Source: an uncultured Verrucomicrobia subdivision 3 bacterium (lineage in GTDB: Bacteria; Verrucomicrobiota; Verrucomicrobiia; Limisphaerales; UBA11358). From it: a stretch of 64,000 nt of DNA. The stretch spans positions 64,306 through 128,305 of the forward strand of contig CAITTG010000092.1 of NCBI GenBank assembly GCA_903895255.1. The letters run 5' to 3'. The translations under genes and the position numbers were made by a program. Under the pieces are notes generated by a model. It was not told the origin of the DNA. It searched no databases and saw only the letters and a list, made by a program, of their open reading frames with translations. Below, one piece after another: positions 45,601 through 54,147 of this stretch; the stretch's first letter is position 1, and the number at the start of each line of letters is the position of its first letter.

Positions 45601-48600
45601 GTGGTGTCCCAGATGTTATTGACGCCATCACCGCGCCACACCAGGTTTTTGGGGAGGTAGGTGATGGACACCAGCAGGCCCATCGTATTGGTCATGGTGG
45701 TGCCGTCCGGGTCCGCGGCGACGAAGTTGAAACTGGTCAGCCCGGTGAAACCGGGATTGGGTTTGAAAAAGGCATAGTGGCTGTTGGTGACCGTCACCGA
45801 GCCGTTGGCCGCGCCGGACACGGTGTAGGTCCCGCCGTTGGTGAAACCAAGAGTATATTGCCACAAGTCAATCACGGTGGCATTCGTCTGGACAAAGGCG
45901 TGCGGCGCGGCCAGCCAGTTGATGTAATCTTCAATGTAGGTGTAACCATCGGGCGCGGTGGCCATGGCCTGGTTGGTGTAAAGGTTCAGGCCCACGGCGT
46001 TCTTCCAGATGTCGGGAATGCCGTCGCCATCGGTTTCCACCAACTGAGTGCCGCCGTTGATGGTGCCATAACCGCCGTTGCCCAGGCCGGTGTTAGCCGG
46101 GCTGGTGATCAAATTACCAGCGGTGCCAAGCGACATTACCTGGCTGATGACGAGCGCATCCAATTGATCGGACGGAAAAGGACCGGCGCTGGAGACATCC
46201 GTGCGGTAGGCCGTCGTGGCAGAAACCGTGGGAATAGTGGCAGTGATGGGGGACCATGGGGTGGCCGACACGGTGTCCCCGCCCGGCGCGGTGGGAACCC
46301 CGTTCAACGTGCCGTTGCCGCTGGTGTCCAGCAAATTGCCCACGGCATACACCGTCTGGCCGCCGTCGAACTGGAAGAAATCATCCTGCGGGGCGGTGCT
46401 GGAAGGACCGGTGATGAAGTAATTATTAACAATGTCATGGCTGAAATGCCCGGCGGTGTCGGCAGTGGTGTAGCCGGCCTGATAATCATAGACCACATTG
46501 TTGACATAGACCGTGCTGGCCTTGGCGAGGGGCTGGCGGTTGTGGGCATTGACCCAGAGATTGTTAACATATGTGGCATCGCCACCTTCCACGTGGGCTC
46601 CGAACTGCTGGTTGATGGGGTCGGCGATAATGCAGTTTTGAATCGTAAAGTCAGTGGTGTGGACGGCATCAAAACTATCCCACTGGCCAAACTCCACCGA
46701 GGTGTGGTCAAAAATCATGTTGCTGGCATAACCATTGCCCGAGCCGATGTTGATGCCGCTGGAACCGGAGCTGCTGCCGCCCTGCCGGACGCGCAGACCA
46801 CGGCAGATGATGTTGTTATCGCCGTAGAAAGACAATTCATTCCCCATCAAACCAATGCCACCACCCGGAGCCGTCTGGCCGGCGATGGTCAGATTGCTGG
46901 CGGCCGCCACCGCCGAGCCCAGGTTGATGTAACCGCCGACATCGAACACAACAATGCGGTTGCCCTGGCTGACGGCCGCCCGGAACGTGCCCGGACTGCC
47001 ATCATCGGCGAGGGAAGTCACATGGTAAACCGTGCCACCGCGGCCACCGGTGGCGTTGGCGCCATATCCCAGCGCGCCCGGGAAGGCCATCACGGGAGGA
47101 TAGACGATGGGATTAGTGATCGATCCGGCGGCGATGGTCAGGTAAACCGCGCCATTGGTGATTACCACCGAGGGATAGGTGTTGGTGACCAGGCCGTTGC
47201 CGGTCACGGAGACTGCTGTGGGATCAGAACCCGTGATGGAGCCGGTGCCGGCAACATCATTGGTGACAAGCAGGTATTGGCCGAGTCCGAGCGCCGGTCC
47301 GGGGTTGTTGATGGTAAAGACTGTGCTGGTGGCCAGCGTCAAAGTACCGTTGGCCACGATCAACGAGGCGCTGCCATTGGAGTAGGTGAGGGAGACGATT
47401 CCCGGGCCGGTGGCGATGCTGCCATTGATCAAACCAGGAGAAGAGCTGTTACCCAGGGATTGCGTGGCGGACAGGGAAAATCCACCGAGGGCGGTGACAT
47501 CAAAGGTGGCCGCGCTGGCAACAATAATGTGATCGCTATCGGCAATCGAACCGGAGCCGCCAAGAGCCAGCGTGCCAGCGTTGATGGTGGTGGGGCCGGT
47601 ATAAGTATCCGCCCCTTTCAAAGTGAGGGTCCCGCTGCCCAGTTTGGTGAGACCGCCATCCGGCGTGCCGGCGCCATGCAGCAAGGGCGCCGCCAGTGTG
47701 ATCGTGTTGCCATTGTCATTGACGATCGCCCCGCCCGCATTCACCACGGCGGTGAGCTGGACGGGGGTATTCGGCAAGAAACCATTGCCCAGATCACCCG
47801 TCAAGGCGGCCAGAGTGCCACCGTTGAAGTAAATGGCACTGCTTTGATTGCCCCAGGTGGATTCCTGAAAATTCTGCACCGCCAGCGTGCCCCCGTTCAG
47901 GTTCAATGCGAAGCTGCCGACCGTGCTGCCACCCGAGGTGTAAAACATATCGAGCGCGCCATTCACAGTCACCAGCGTCGTGGTGTCGCCGGGCGTGCCG
48001 ATGGTCAGCGACCCGGTGCCACCGGGCCGGCCCTGACCGTTGCCGTAACTCAAGGCGCGACCGTTGCCGTCCGCATTGGCCGTGACTTGTGCCCCGTTGG
48101 TGATGGTCAGCGTGGCGAGCGTGCCATAAGTGCCGCTGCCGCTGCCGCCGGTGGGCGAGGTAATATACAAGCCATTGGGAGAAACCAGCGTCGCGCCATT
48201 AATGGCGACATTGGCCTGGCCGTATTGTCCGGAAATATCCAAATGACTGCTCAGGCTGCTGGGACTGCTGATCAGGAGCCCGCCACTATACACCACGGTG
48301 TTGCCGGTATAGGTCGCGTCCGACAAAGCCAGCGTGCCCGAGCCCCATTCGCTCAAGGAACCAATCCCCGTGAGGTTGCCAGCGAACAGGGTGTTCGCAT
48401 TGTTATTACCCACGGTCAAATTGAGCGCCGCGCCGGCCAGGTTGGTGAGTCCGAGGCTGAGGGCGGTATTGGTGCCCGCCAGTTCACCCAGAATCGCCGT
48501 CGTGATGGCGGGATCAAAAACCACCATGCCACTATTGTAATTCAAAGTGCTGTTGGCGAGCGCGAGGGAATTGGCGAGTTGCAGGACACCGTTGGAGATC

Positions 48601-51600
48601 GAGGTCGCCCCGGTGAAGGTGTTTGCCCCGCTCAAAACCAGGGTGCCGGTGCCGCCCGCCGAGTTGACAGTGAGGGCGTTTGCTCCGGTATTGCCCGCGG
48701 AGGCAATGGTGCCGGCCACCGTGAAGATCTGGCCACCATCGGCGTCAATGAGTCCCAGACCGCCGGCACTACCGGCAATCGCACCGATATCGATGCTATT
48801 GGTCACCAGGAAAGTGCCGTTACCGAGCAGGTCCCCGCCCTCCAGCAGGATAAGAGCGGAGTTCGCGACATTATTGGGAGAGTTAAGGCTGAGAATCCCG
48901 GCGTTGATAGTGGTATTTCCAGTGAAGAGGTTGTTGCCTTGCAATGCCAGGGTGCCATTGCCGACCTTGGTGAGCGCGCCACTGCCGGCCAGCGTGCCGG
49001 CCAGGGTCAAATTATTGCCGTTGTTATCCACCGTGACCGTGGCACCGAAAGCCAGCGCCAGATTATTGGCGAGACTCAAACCCGGAGCACCCGCCTGGAG
49101 CGTGCTGCTGCCGGCAATATTCAAATCCCCCGCGCCCAACCCGGCGGCATTGGCCACTTGCAGCGTGCCACCGCCTGTGAGGATCGTGCCCACGCTGCCA
49201 CTCGCCGGTCCATAGCTGTTCGCCCCGGCCAGAATCGTGGTGCCCGAGCCATTCATCGTCATTGTCTTGGAGGCCGCGGAGCGGTTGCTCACACTGCCGG
49301 AAATGGCCAGCGCGCTGCCGGCTGCCACGGTGACCTGCGCGGTATCATTCAAGGCCAGCGCGGTTTGGATGGCGTTTGCCGCCCCCGCGGTCACGGCCAC
49401 GGTCGCTCCATGCCCGTTGTTGTCCAGCGTCAACGCGCTGCCGCCATTGGCCACCACAAAGGAATTGGCGTTCGTGAACGCAAGCCCGCCGACCGACTCG
49501 CCGGCGTTCAGGGTTACCGTGCGCAAGGCGGAGCCGACGCCCAGCGTGGCCAAGTCGCCCGCCGCGTGCGGCACACTGGGATTGCTGCTCCAGTTGGTGC
49601 CGGCCGTCCAGTTGCCGTTGGCATCCACCACCCAAGCCGCCTGGGCACCACCAGAAGCCACCGTCAGCGCAACCACGCCGCCGCCGGTGGTTATGGAAGC
49701 CACGGTGCCATTGGCCACCCCCGCGCCGGTGAAGACCGGAGTACCCGCATAAAAAGTCCCGGTGCTGCCAGCGGCCGTATAATGTAGTAGCGTATAAGTG
49801 CCAATCGGCAGAGGAGAGCTTCCCGGGACATTGATGGTCACGAGGTTGGTGTTAAAAGTCACCGCACCAACCGTCAAAGGCGTGTTGGTAACGCCCGTGC
49901 TAAAGAACGCCGCGGACCCGGGCTGCCAGTTAACGCCGCCGGAAATGATTCCGGTGCCACCCAGGGTGCCGCCATTGGCCACGGTCACGTTGCCTGAGCC
50001 CGTGGCGGAACCGGCCGTATTGTTGACCAGCAAAGTGGCGTTGGTCACGGTGGTGCCCCCGGAATAATTATTCGCCCCGGACAAGGTCAGCAAACCGTTG
50101 GCCGCCGTGCTGAAAACCGTCAGCGCGCCGCCGCCACCATTGCCAATCGTCCCGGCCCAGGCAACCGAGTGACCATTGACATCAATCGTCGCATTGCCCG
50201 CAAAGGTGACGGGCTGGCCGCTGATATCCAGCGCGGTCCCGGCGGCGCCGGTTGCCAGCGCGGCGTTGTATTGCAAGGTGCCACCATTAAAAATCGTCGG
50301 CCCTTGATCAGCCCCGCCGAGGGCATACTGGCTGTTGATGCTCAAAGTGGCCCCGCCGGTAATGATCGTGCCACCATACTGAAAGTTGCCCGCCGTGCCA
50401 TTGGGAAACGTCAGGGCCACGGTGCCCGTGGCGAATACCGGCGTGGGATTTGCGGTGTTCAATGACTGGCCGCTAGCGGTCGAGCCCGTACCCGGCAGCA
50501 GGCCCGGCACATTACCATTGGCCGCCGAGGCGGGAATGCCAATCACCAAGGGGCCCGTGTTCGCCGCGCCGCCCACCTGTCCGTCCACCGTCAGTGTGGT
50601 TCCGGCCGCGGCGGCCAGACCACCGCCATTACCCAGCAAGGTGACGCCGCGCTTGGGGGTGGTGCCAGCATTATCCAAGGCCAAGGTCGCGTTGCCAAAG
50701 AGCGTGCCGCCGTTAAGATTGACACCGGTGCCCGTGGCAATCGCGCCAAGTGCGGAATTGGCCGGGATGACCAGCGTTCCCCCGTCCAGATAGGTCTGCC
50801 CGGAATAACTGCTCCCACTGGAAAAAACCGTCGTGCCGGCGCCCGCCAGAATGATTTGGCAGGCGCTGGAAGTGCCCTGGCGGCCATCCGATATGGTCGG
50901 GGACAGATTAAAATATCCCAAGGTGTTATTCTGCCAGATCACGCCCGCCTGGGCGCCATTGACACTGCTGATACGGGCAATCTGCCAGGTGCCGCCGCCG
51001 CTGATGCCGGCGTTGGTCGCCCCAAGGTTGGGCGTCACGAGGATGCCGCCGAAGGTTAAATTGCCACCGCCGCCCGAGGCCGCCGCGGGCGCGGACGGGT
51101 TGTTGAATCGAATCGTGGGGGCATATGAATTATTGTTAATCGCCAGGTTATTGACCGTCACGTCCACATTGGCATTTGCCGCCCAGGCCGTGGAATAAAA
51201 ACCGGCCACCTGGCTGCCCCCAATGATCGCATAGGGCGACGCCCCCGACGCGCCACTCGCCAGACTGGTGCTCGCCCAGTCATATAGTCCGACGGTGGCG
51301 TAGGCCGCGGTCGGGGTGGTTGCATTCGGCCCCTCGCCCAAAATCACGCCCAGGGAGGCGGCGCTGGAACCAAGCGTGGTGGTGGTGATGGTCGCGGTCG
51401 CCGGGACAGTGACACCGCCGCTACCTGTTGTGGCCGGTCCATTAAACTGCACCGCGGCACCGTAACTCGGCGTCAAGGCGCCCAATGAAACCGTGGGATT
51501 GTTCCCGCCCGGCGCCGGGGCAACGCTGAGGGTGGAGAGTCCCGGACTGAAGGTGGTGCTGGCAAATCCCTGACTGGTCGTGGCGCTGGCATTGCCGATT

Positions 51601-52184
51601 ATATTCAAGTTGCCACCCGCCAGCGTCAGCGCTTGAGACGGAACCAGCGTGCTCACCGGGGAACCGCTAGCACTGAAGTCCAAAATCAACGTTCCGGCAT
51701 TGTCCTTGAGTCCCCCCGTGAACGTATCCGTCACGCCCCCGAGGGTGAGGGTCCCCAGGCCCGCCTTGCCAAGGCCCGCCGTGCCCGCGATCACCGTGCT
51801 AATCGTGGCAGCCTTGCCGGTGCCCAAGGGGTTTACCACCACAGTGGGCGTGGTGCCCGCCAGTGTAAGGATATTCCCGGTGCTGCCGTTATTGTCCAGC
51901 CACCAACCGTCGATGGCGCTGGTGTTAAGATCGCCAAAAAACAGATTACCGATGGTGCGTGCAGAGTTGAGATGCACCACGGTGGGGTCGGTCGTCAGGC
52001 TCACCAGACTAAAATTTGCCGTGTCACCGCTGCCCGAGGCCACGGTGCCGTTCAGCCAGTTCGCGGGGCTGCTCCACAGCCCCCCGGAGACGGCATTGGT
52101 CCAGATGCCGTTTTGAGCGCGCAAGGCCAAAGGCGACGCCATTAAAAGCAGGCCGGCAAAGGGGATAAAGGCAATTCGTTTCAT
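42693..52184 (-). CDS. Giant (about 3,160 aa) secreted PATR-repeat beta-helix surface protein with an embedded PL1-type pectate lyase module and a C-terminal FYR-tail domain
   Basis: Signal peptide MKRIAFIPFAGLLLMASPLALRAQ (ATG 52184). The ORF track start at 52604 overlaps GH43. There are dozens of 'G.GTLTL.G.N.Y.G.T.v..GtL' PATR units. PL1 module at nt ~46270..47090: FPGALGYGANATGGRGGTVYHVTSLADDGSPGTFRAAV...NRQPLAKASTVYVNNVVY. A DGDGIPD calcium-type motif is also present. C-terminus: ...SYYLLTTTNLATPLLNWTPLLTN...QQFYRLEVP. Confidence 0.8.
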   Translation of the reverse strand: MKRIAFIPFAGLLLMASPLALRAQNGIWTNAVSGGLWSSPANWLNGTVASGSGDTANFSLVSLTTDPTVVHLNSARTIGNLFFGDLNTSAIDGWWLDNNGSTGNILTLAGTTPTVVVNPLGTGKAATISTVIAGTAGLGKAGLGTLTLGGVTDTFTGGLKDNAGTLILDFSASGSPVSTLVPSQALTLAGGNLNIIGNASATTSQGFASTTFSPGLSTLSVAPAPGGNNPTVSLGALTPSYGAAVQFNGPATTGSGGVTVPATATITTTTLGSSAASLGVILGEGPNATTPTAAYATVGLYDWASTSLASGASGASPYAIIGGSQVAGFYSTAWAANANVDVTVNNLAINNNSYAPTIRFNNPSAPAAASGGGGNLTFGGILVTPNLGATNAGISGGGTWQIARISSVNGAQAGVIWQNNTLGYFNLSPTISDGRQGTSSACQIILAGAGTTVFSSGSSYSGQTYLDGGTLVIPANSALGAIATGTGVNLNGGTLFGNATLALDNAGTTPKRGVTLLGNGGGLAAAAGTTLTVDGQVGGAANTGPLVIGIPASAANGNVPGLLPGTGSTASGQSLNTANPTPVFATGTVALTFPNGTAGNFQYGGTIITGGATLSINSQYALGGADQGPTIFNGGTLQYNAALATGAAGTALDISGQPVTFAGNATIDVNGHSVAWAGTIGNGGGGALTVFSTAANGLLTLSGANNYSGGTTVTNATLLVNNTAGSATGSGNVTVANGGTLGGTGIISGGVNWQPGSAAFFSTGVTNTPLTVGAVTFNTNLVTINVPGSSPLPIGTYTLLHYTAAGSTGTFYAGTPVFTGAGVANGTVASITTGGGVVALTVASGGAQAAWVVDANGNWTAGTNWSSNPSVPHAAGDLATLGVGSALRTVTLNAGESVGGLAFTNANSFVVANGGSALTLDNNGHGATVAVTAGAANAIQTALALNDTAQVTVAAGSALAISGSVSNRSAASKTMTMNGSGTTILAGANSYGPASGSVGTILTGGGTLQVANAAGLGAGDLNIAGSSTLQAGAPGLSLANNLALAFGATVTVDNNGNNLTLAGTLAGSGALTKVGNGTLALQGNNLFTGNTTINAGILSLNSPNNVANSALILLEGGDLLGNGTFLVTNSIDIGAIAGSAGGLGLIDADGGQIFTVAGTIASAGNTGANALTVNSAGGTGTLVLSGANTFTGATSISNGVLQLANSLALANSTLNYNSGMVVFDPAITTAILGELAGTNTALSLGLTNLAGAALNLTVGNNNANTLFAGNLTGIGSLSEWGSGTLALSDATYTGNTVVYSGGLLISSPSSLSSHLDISGQYGQANVAINGATLVSPNGLYITSPTGGSGSGTYGTLATLTITNGAQVTANADGNGRALSYGNGQGRPGGTGSLTIGTPGDTTTLVTVNGALDMFYTSGGSTVGSFALNLNGGTLAVQNFQESTWGNQSSAIYFNGGTLAALTGDLGNGFLPNTPVQLTAVVNAGGAIVNDNGNTITLAAPLLHGAGTPDGGLTKLGSGTLTLKGADTYTGPTTINAGTLALGGSGSIADSDHIIVASAATFDVTALGGFSLSATQSLGNSSSPGLINGSIATGPGIVSLTYSNGSASLIVANGTLTLATSTVFTINNPGPALGLGQYLLVTNDVAGTGSITGSDPTAVSVTGNGLVTNTYPSVVITNGAVYLTIAAGSITNPIVYPPVMAFPGALGYGANATGGRGGTVYHVTSLADDGSPGTFRAAVSQGNRIVVFDVGGYINLGSAVAAASNLTIAGQTAPGGGIGLMGNELSFYGDNNIICRGLRVRQGGSSSGSSGINIGSGNGYASNMIFDHTSVEFGQWDSFDAVHTTDFTIQNCIIADPINQQFGAHVEGGDATYVNNLWVNAHNRQPLAKASTVYVNNVVYDYQAGYTTADTAGHFSHDIVNNYFITGPSSTAPQDDFFQFDGGQTVYAVGNLLDTSGNGTLNGVPTAPGGDTVSATPWSPITATIPTVSATTAYRTDVSSAGPFPSDQLDALVISQVMSLGTAGNLITSPANTGLGNGGYGTINGGTQLVETDGDGIPDIWKNAVGLNLYTNQAMATAPDGYTYIEDYINWLAAPHAFVQTNATVIDLWQYTLGFTNGGTYTVSGAANGSVTVTNSHYAFFKPNPGFTGLTSFNFVAADPDGTTMTNTMGLLVSITYLPKNLVWRGDGVNNIWDTTNTADWFNGNNLGTFNSSDTVTFDDTGSASPAIQINGLVAPAGVTFNATQNYTIGGSGSISGAGTLTKSGSGTLTVNNANSLSGAEALNGGTIQFNDGSSLGTGALTIQNGTVVNNYAAGDYLNLANALVVPAGSTATIDLGNDIDLTGTLTGAGTLNLNVQNTGATDEIKGNAGAFTGTINLLGSGGLLFVANGGAFSGFSDALTTLNAPVTLGFHDNSAGNTYYFGALSGNNPNAAFYDQYAGAPTFSIGALNLSTTFAGQFQSSANVIKTGTGTLTLSGNSTHTGNTTVSSGILAVAGSFSSSPVTVNSGAVLEGDGILGNGVTIQSGGILEPDLGNGGFGTLTVSNSLNLNTSALVFDLSSSPGGPNDEILLPGGTLNETGVQTYNLNLVNNALGAGTYTLIGGAAGNNYGGSLVTDLPTSTRQGFSLQNTTTGVQLVVSGSASSLVWQGANGGNWDLATTVNWLNGIRADEFYNLDLVRFDDTSTNGNVNINGVVQPAAVLVTNNTTAYTIGGGVLGGIASLVKNGPGSLTLNSSNSYTGGTFVNGGTLQLVNNFYAGGFGPVVLNGGTLFLNGVGTGTTITSAGTNSLVTYGQPYATFNLQGSGLLTVTLGGGGTFSPSGDWSGFSGTINFTTGNWLREVNTTAFGSAAAVWNFGVNGGINNKNGGATVSFGALFGGPATALAGASTAPANQTTYVVGGVNTNSVFNGTISDGASPTALVVNGPAALTLTGNNTFSGNTTVNGGALIINSPVGSGTGSGTVTVNPGATLGGNGIIGGQVSLTAGATLAPGSNGFGTLTITNDLGLNNGSTLDFQVGAGGSQVAVAGDLTLAGTLNLSATAGFGPGTYPLFTYGGALSVGALVIGTAPVGYNYTIDSSVVGKVNIIVTAPRFGPVQSTPGSLVLTGSGGAPGSSYYLLTTTNLATPLLNWTPLLTNQFDASGNFTVTNVFQPRNRQQFYRLEVP

Positions 52185-52404
52185 AAAAAGATTCGCAATA
52201 AAATGGGCTCCAAACATACATGTGCTATTCGACGGCAAAACATGACAAAATATCCGGCGGCGACCGCACGATGACTCTGCATTTGGAAAACGGAAAAATC
52301 TTAGACCAATTCGCGCGGTTTGTCGCGCTACCGAAATGGGTGACCGTGCGGGAGCACTTTTGAACGTGCACCGGCTGGGAGAATTAAACTCACCCGCCAA
52401 GGGT

Positions 52405-54147
52405 TTAGTGAGTTTGATAGTCATAGCTAAAACGGCTGAAATCCACCCGGCCGTGATCGCCCAGGTCATTGTAAGTAAATAATCCCAGACGCGTTCCCCG
52501 GTAGTTGTGCCAGCCGAAGGCAAAGCGCGCGCCGATGGGGGTGAACGTTTTGCCATCCAAACTATAGGCGAACACACAGCCGCCTTGATTGTCGATCTTG
52601 GCACGTACCCAGGCCAGACCTTCCGGCCTGAGTTCCGGCCCCAAGGTGATGACTCCGTCCTGGTTGAATGCTATGTGCCGCTGGCCATGCTGCTGGATCA
52701 CGCCGATCTGTGCGTAATCCCTCCAAAAGAACAAGAGGCCGCCCAACTGGCCATCTGCCATGCCCGAAGCGTCCAATTTTACGGCCACGGTACCGCCGTC
52801 GGTGCCTATAATGCGCTGAGTAAGTGTGTCGCCGGCCTTGAAAAAGTCGCCTTTCACCAGCGGGGCAAAGGCCTCAAGGCGCAGCCAACCCGGCCGCGCC
52901 GTGAGCGACCATTTATCCGACCGGGGCTGGTAATTCCACTCCCATTGTGGGCCCAGCATAGCAGTGCTGAAATCATCCGAAGATTGCAGCGTCTGAATAG
53001 GAAAACCCGCAATGGGTTTCCGCGCGGTCCAGACCAGGTTGCCCACGCCGTTCGTATCCAAGGCCCCGGGCATGGGCCAGCCATCCACCCACCGGACGGG
53101 CATTAATTCCGAGGGGCGGCCATCGTAAGTACCGGTTTGATCCATCGGACGGGGAATCATGGCGTCCGCATCCCCACGGCGGGCGTGGAGATATTCCGCG
53201 CCATTCTCGCCACGTCCCTGCTGGGTGATAAAGCACCAGTCGCCCGCCTCAGTTTGGACCAGACCGCCTTGATTGGGCTGGCGGTCGTAACGCGCGGGGG
53301 CATCCTCCAAAATGATCTTCTTCTCCCATGGTCCAGCCAGGCTATTTGCGCGCATCATCACTCCCACCCGCACGTTTTGCTTTCGATGGAACTCATTGTG
53401 GAAGTAATAATACTGGCCATTGATCTTGTAGAGTTTGTTGCCTTCACTGGTGGTGAGCGGATCCAAGACCCGGACGCAGGCGGGATCAAGGTTTTTGCCG
53501 TCCGCACTCATTTTGAACAAGTGCGGCACCCATTTCCCGAAGGGGTCGGTGGGACGACCGGGATTGCTGAGAATCAGGTAGGCCTGGCCATCGTCATCCC
53601 AAAATGGCGCGGGATCATCCCAGCCCTGACTGTCCCACACGCGGGTCACCGGTGCCCAGGGGCCGGCGGCGTTGGTGGCGGTGGTCATGAACACCCCTTC
53701 GTCCATCGAGGTCCAGAACACCCAGAACTTGCCGTCGTGATAACGGATTGTCCCAGCATAGATGCCACGATTGTAACGGTTCATGCGGTCCCAGTTTAAT
53801 TCCGGCCCCATTTGCGTCAGATCCGCCACACAATGGCTTAAATATTGCCAGTTCACCAAATCCTTCGAGTGCAGCACCGCCATGCCGGGCGAGTATTGGA
53901 AAGTGGAGGTGATGAAATAATAGTCACTGCCGACGCGAATCACATCCGGATCGGAAAAGTCGCCCGGCAGCACCGGATTCTTGTAAGTGCCATCACCTTG
54001 ATCACCCCACGCGCCTTGATTGCCGACATCCGCGTGCAGCAAGGCTATCGAGGCGGCTAAAAGTGCCCACCATAAGGCGGCAATCAAGCCAACATTGCGC
54101 CTGGAAAAACTGGCCTCAGGACTGATTTTTTCCCCTCGGCACATCAT
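52405..54147 (-). CDS. GH43 glycoside hydrolase (beta-xylosidase / alpha-L-arabinofuranosidase-type) with a C-terminal concanavalin-like domain
   Basis: Shows YKNPVLPGDFSDPDVIRVGSDYYFITSTFQYSPGMAVLHSKDLVNW and a C-terminal WEWNYQP...WLRL beta-sandwich. The ATG overlaps the GH29 stop (ATGA at 54144..54147). Confidence 0.85.
   Translation of the reverse strand: MMCRGEKISPEASFSRRNVGLIAALWWALLAASIALLHADVGNQGAWGDQGDGTYKNPVLPGDFSDPDVIRVGSDYYFITSTFQYSPGMAVLHSKDLVNWQYLSHCVADLTQMGPELNWDRMNRYNRGIYAGTIRYHDGKFWVFWTSMDEGVFMTTATNAAGPWAPVTRVWDSQGWDDPAPFWDDDGQAYLILSNPGRPTDPFGKWVPHLFKMSADGKNLDPACVRVLDPLTTSEGNKLYKINGQYYYFHNEFHRKQNVRVGVMMRANSLAGPWEKKIILEDAPARYDRQPNQGGLVQTEAGDWCFITQQGRGENGAEYLHARRGDADAMIPRPMDQTGTYDGRPSELMPVRWVDGWPMPGALDTNGVGNLVWTARKPIAGFPIQTLQSSDDFSTAMLGPQWEWNYQPRSDKWSLTARPGWLRLEAFAPLVKGDFFKAGDTLTQRIIGTDGGTVAVKLDASGMADGQLGGLLFFWRDYAQIGVIQQHGQRHIAFNQDGVITLGPELRPEGLAWVRAKIDNQGGCVFAYSLDGKTFTPIGARFAFGWHNYRGTRLGLFTYNDLGDHGRVDFSRFSYDYQTH

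Noticed and set aside
45453-49787. 1,444-aa plus-strand ORF, the longest plus-strand ORF after the polymerase gene
   Set aside because: It is entirely antisense to the PATR giant (42693..52184). The translation is low-complexity and rich in Arg, Gly, Ala and Asp, with no recognisable motif. A stop-free antisense frame is expected opposite GGN/ACN/GCN/AAC-rich codons in GC-rich DNA. The sense strand carries clear PATR and PL1 motifs.
52185-52604. N-terminal extensions of ORF-track calls: 52604 for the PATR giant, 34408 for GH32, 35453 for the fructokinase, 12322 for DUF1559, 39977 for the LamG protein and 23896 for GH78b
   Set aside because: The extensions overlap the 3' end of the upstream gene or run through intergenic hairpins. 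They encode Arg/Pro/Trp-rich non-protein-like sequence. Downstream Met codons give canonical signal peptides, prepilin leaders or family-typical N-termini. Several track starts are TTG or GTG shown as M.
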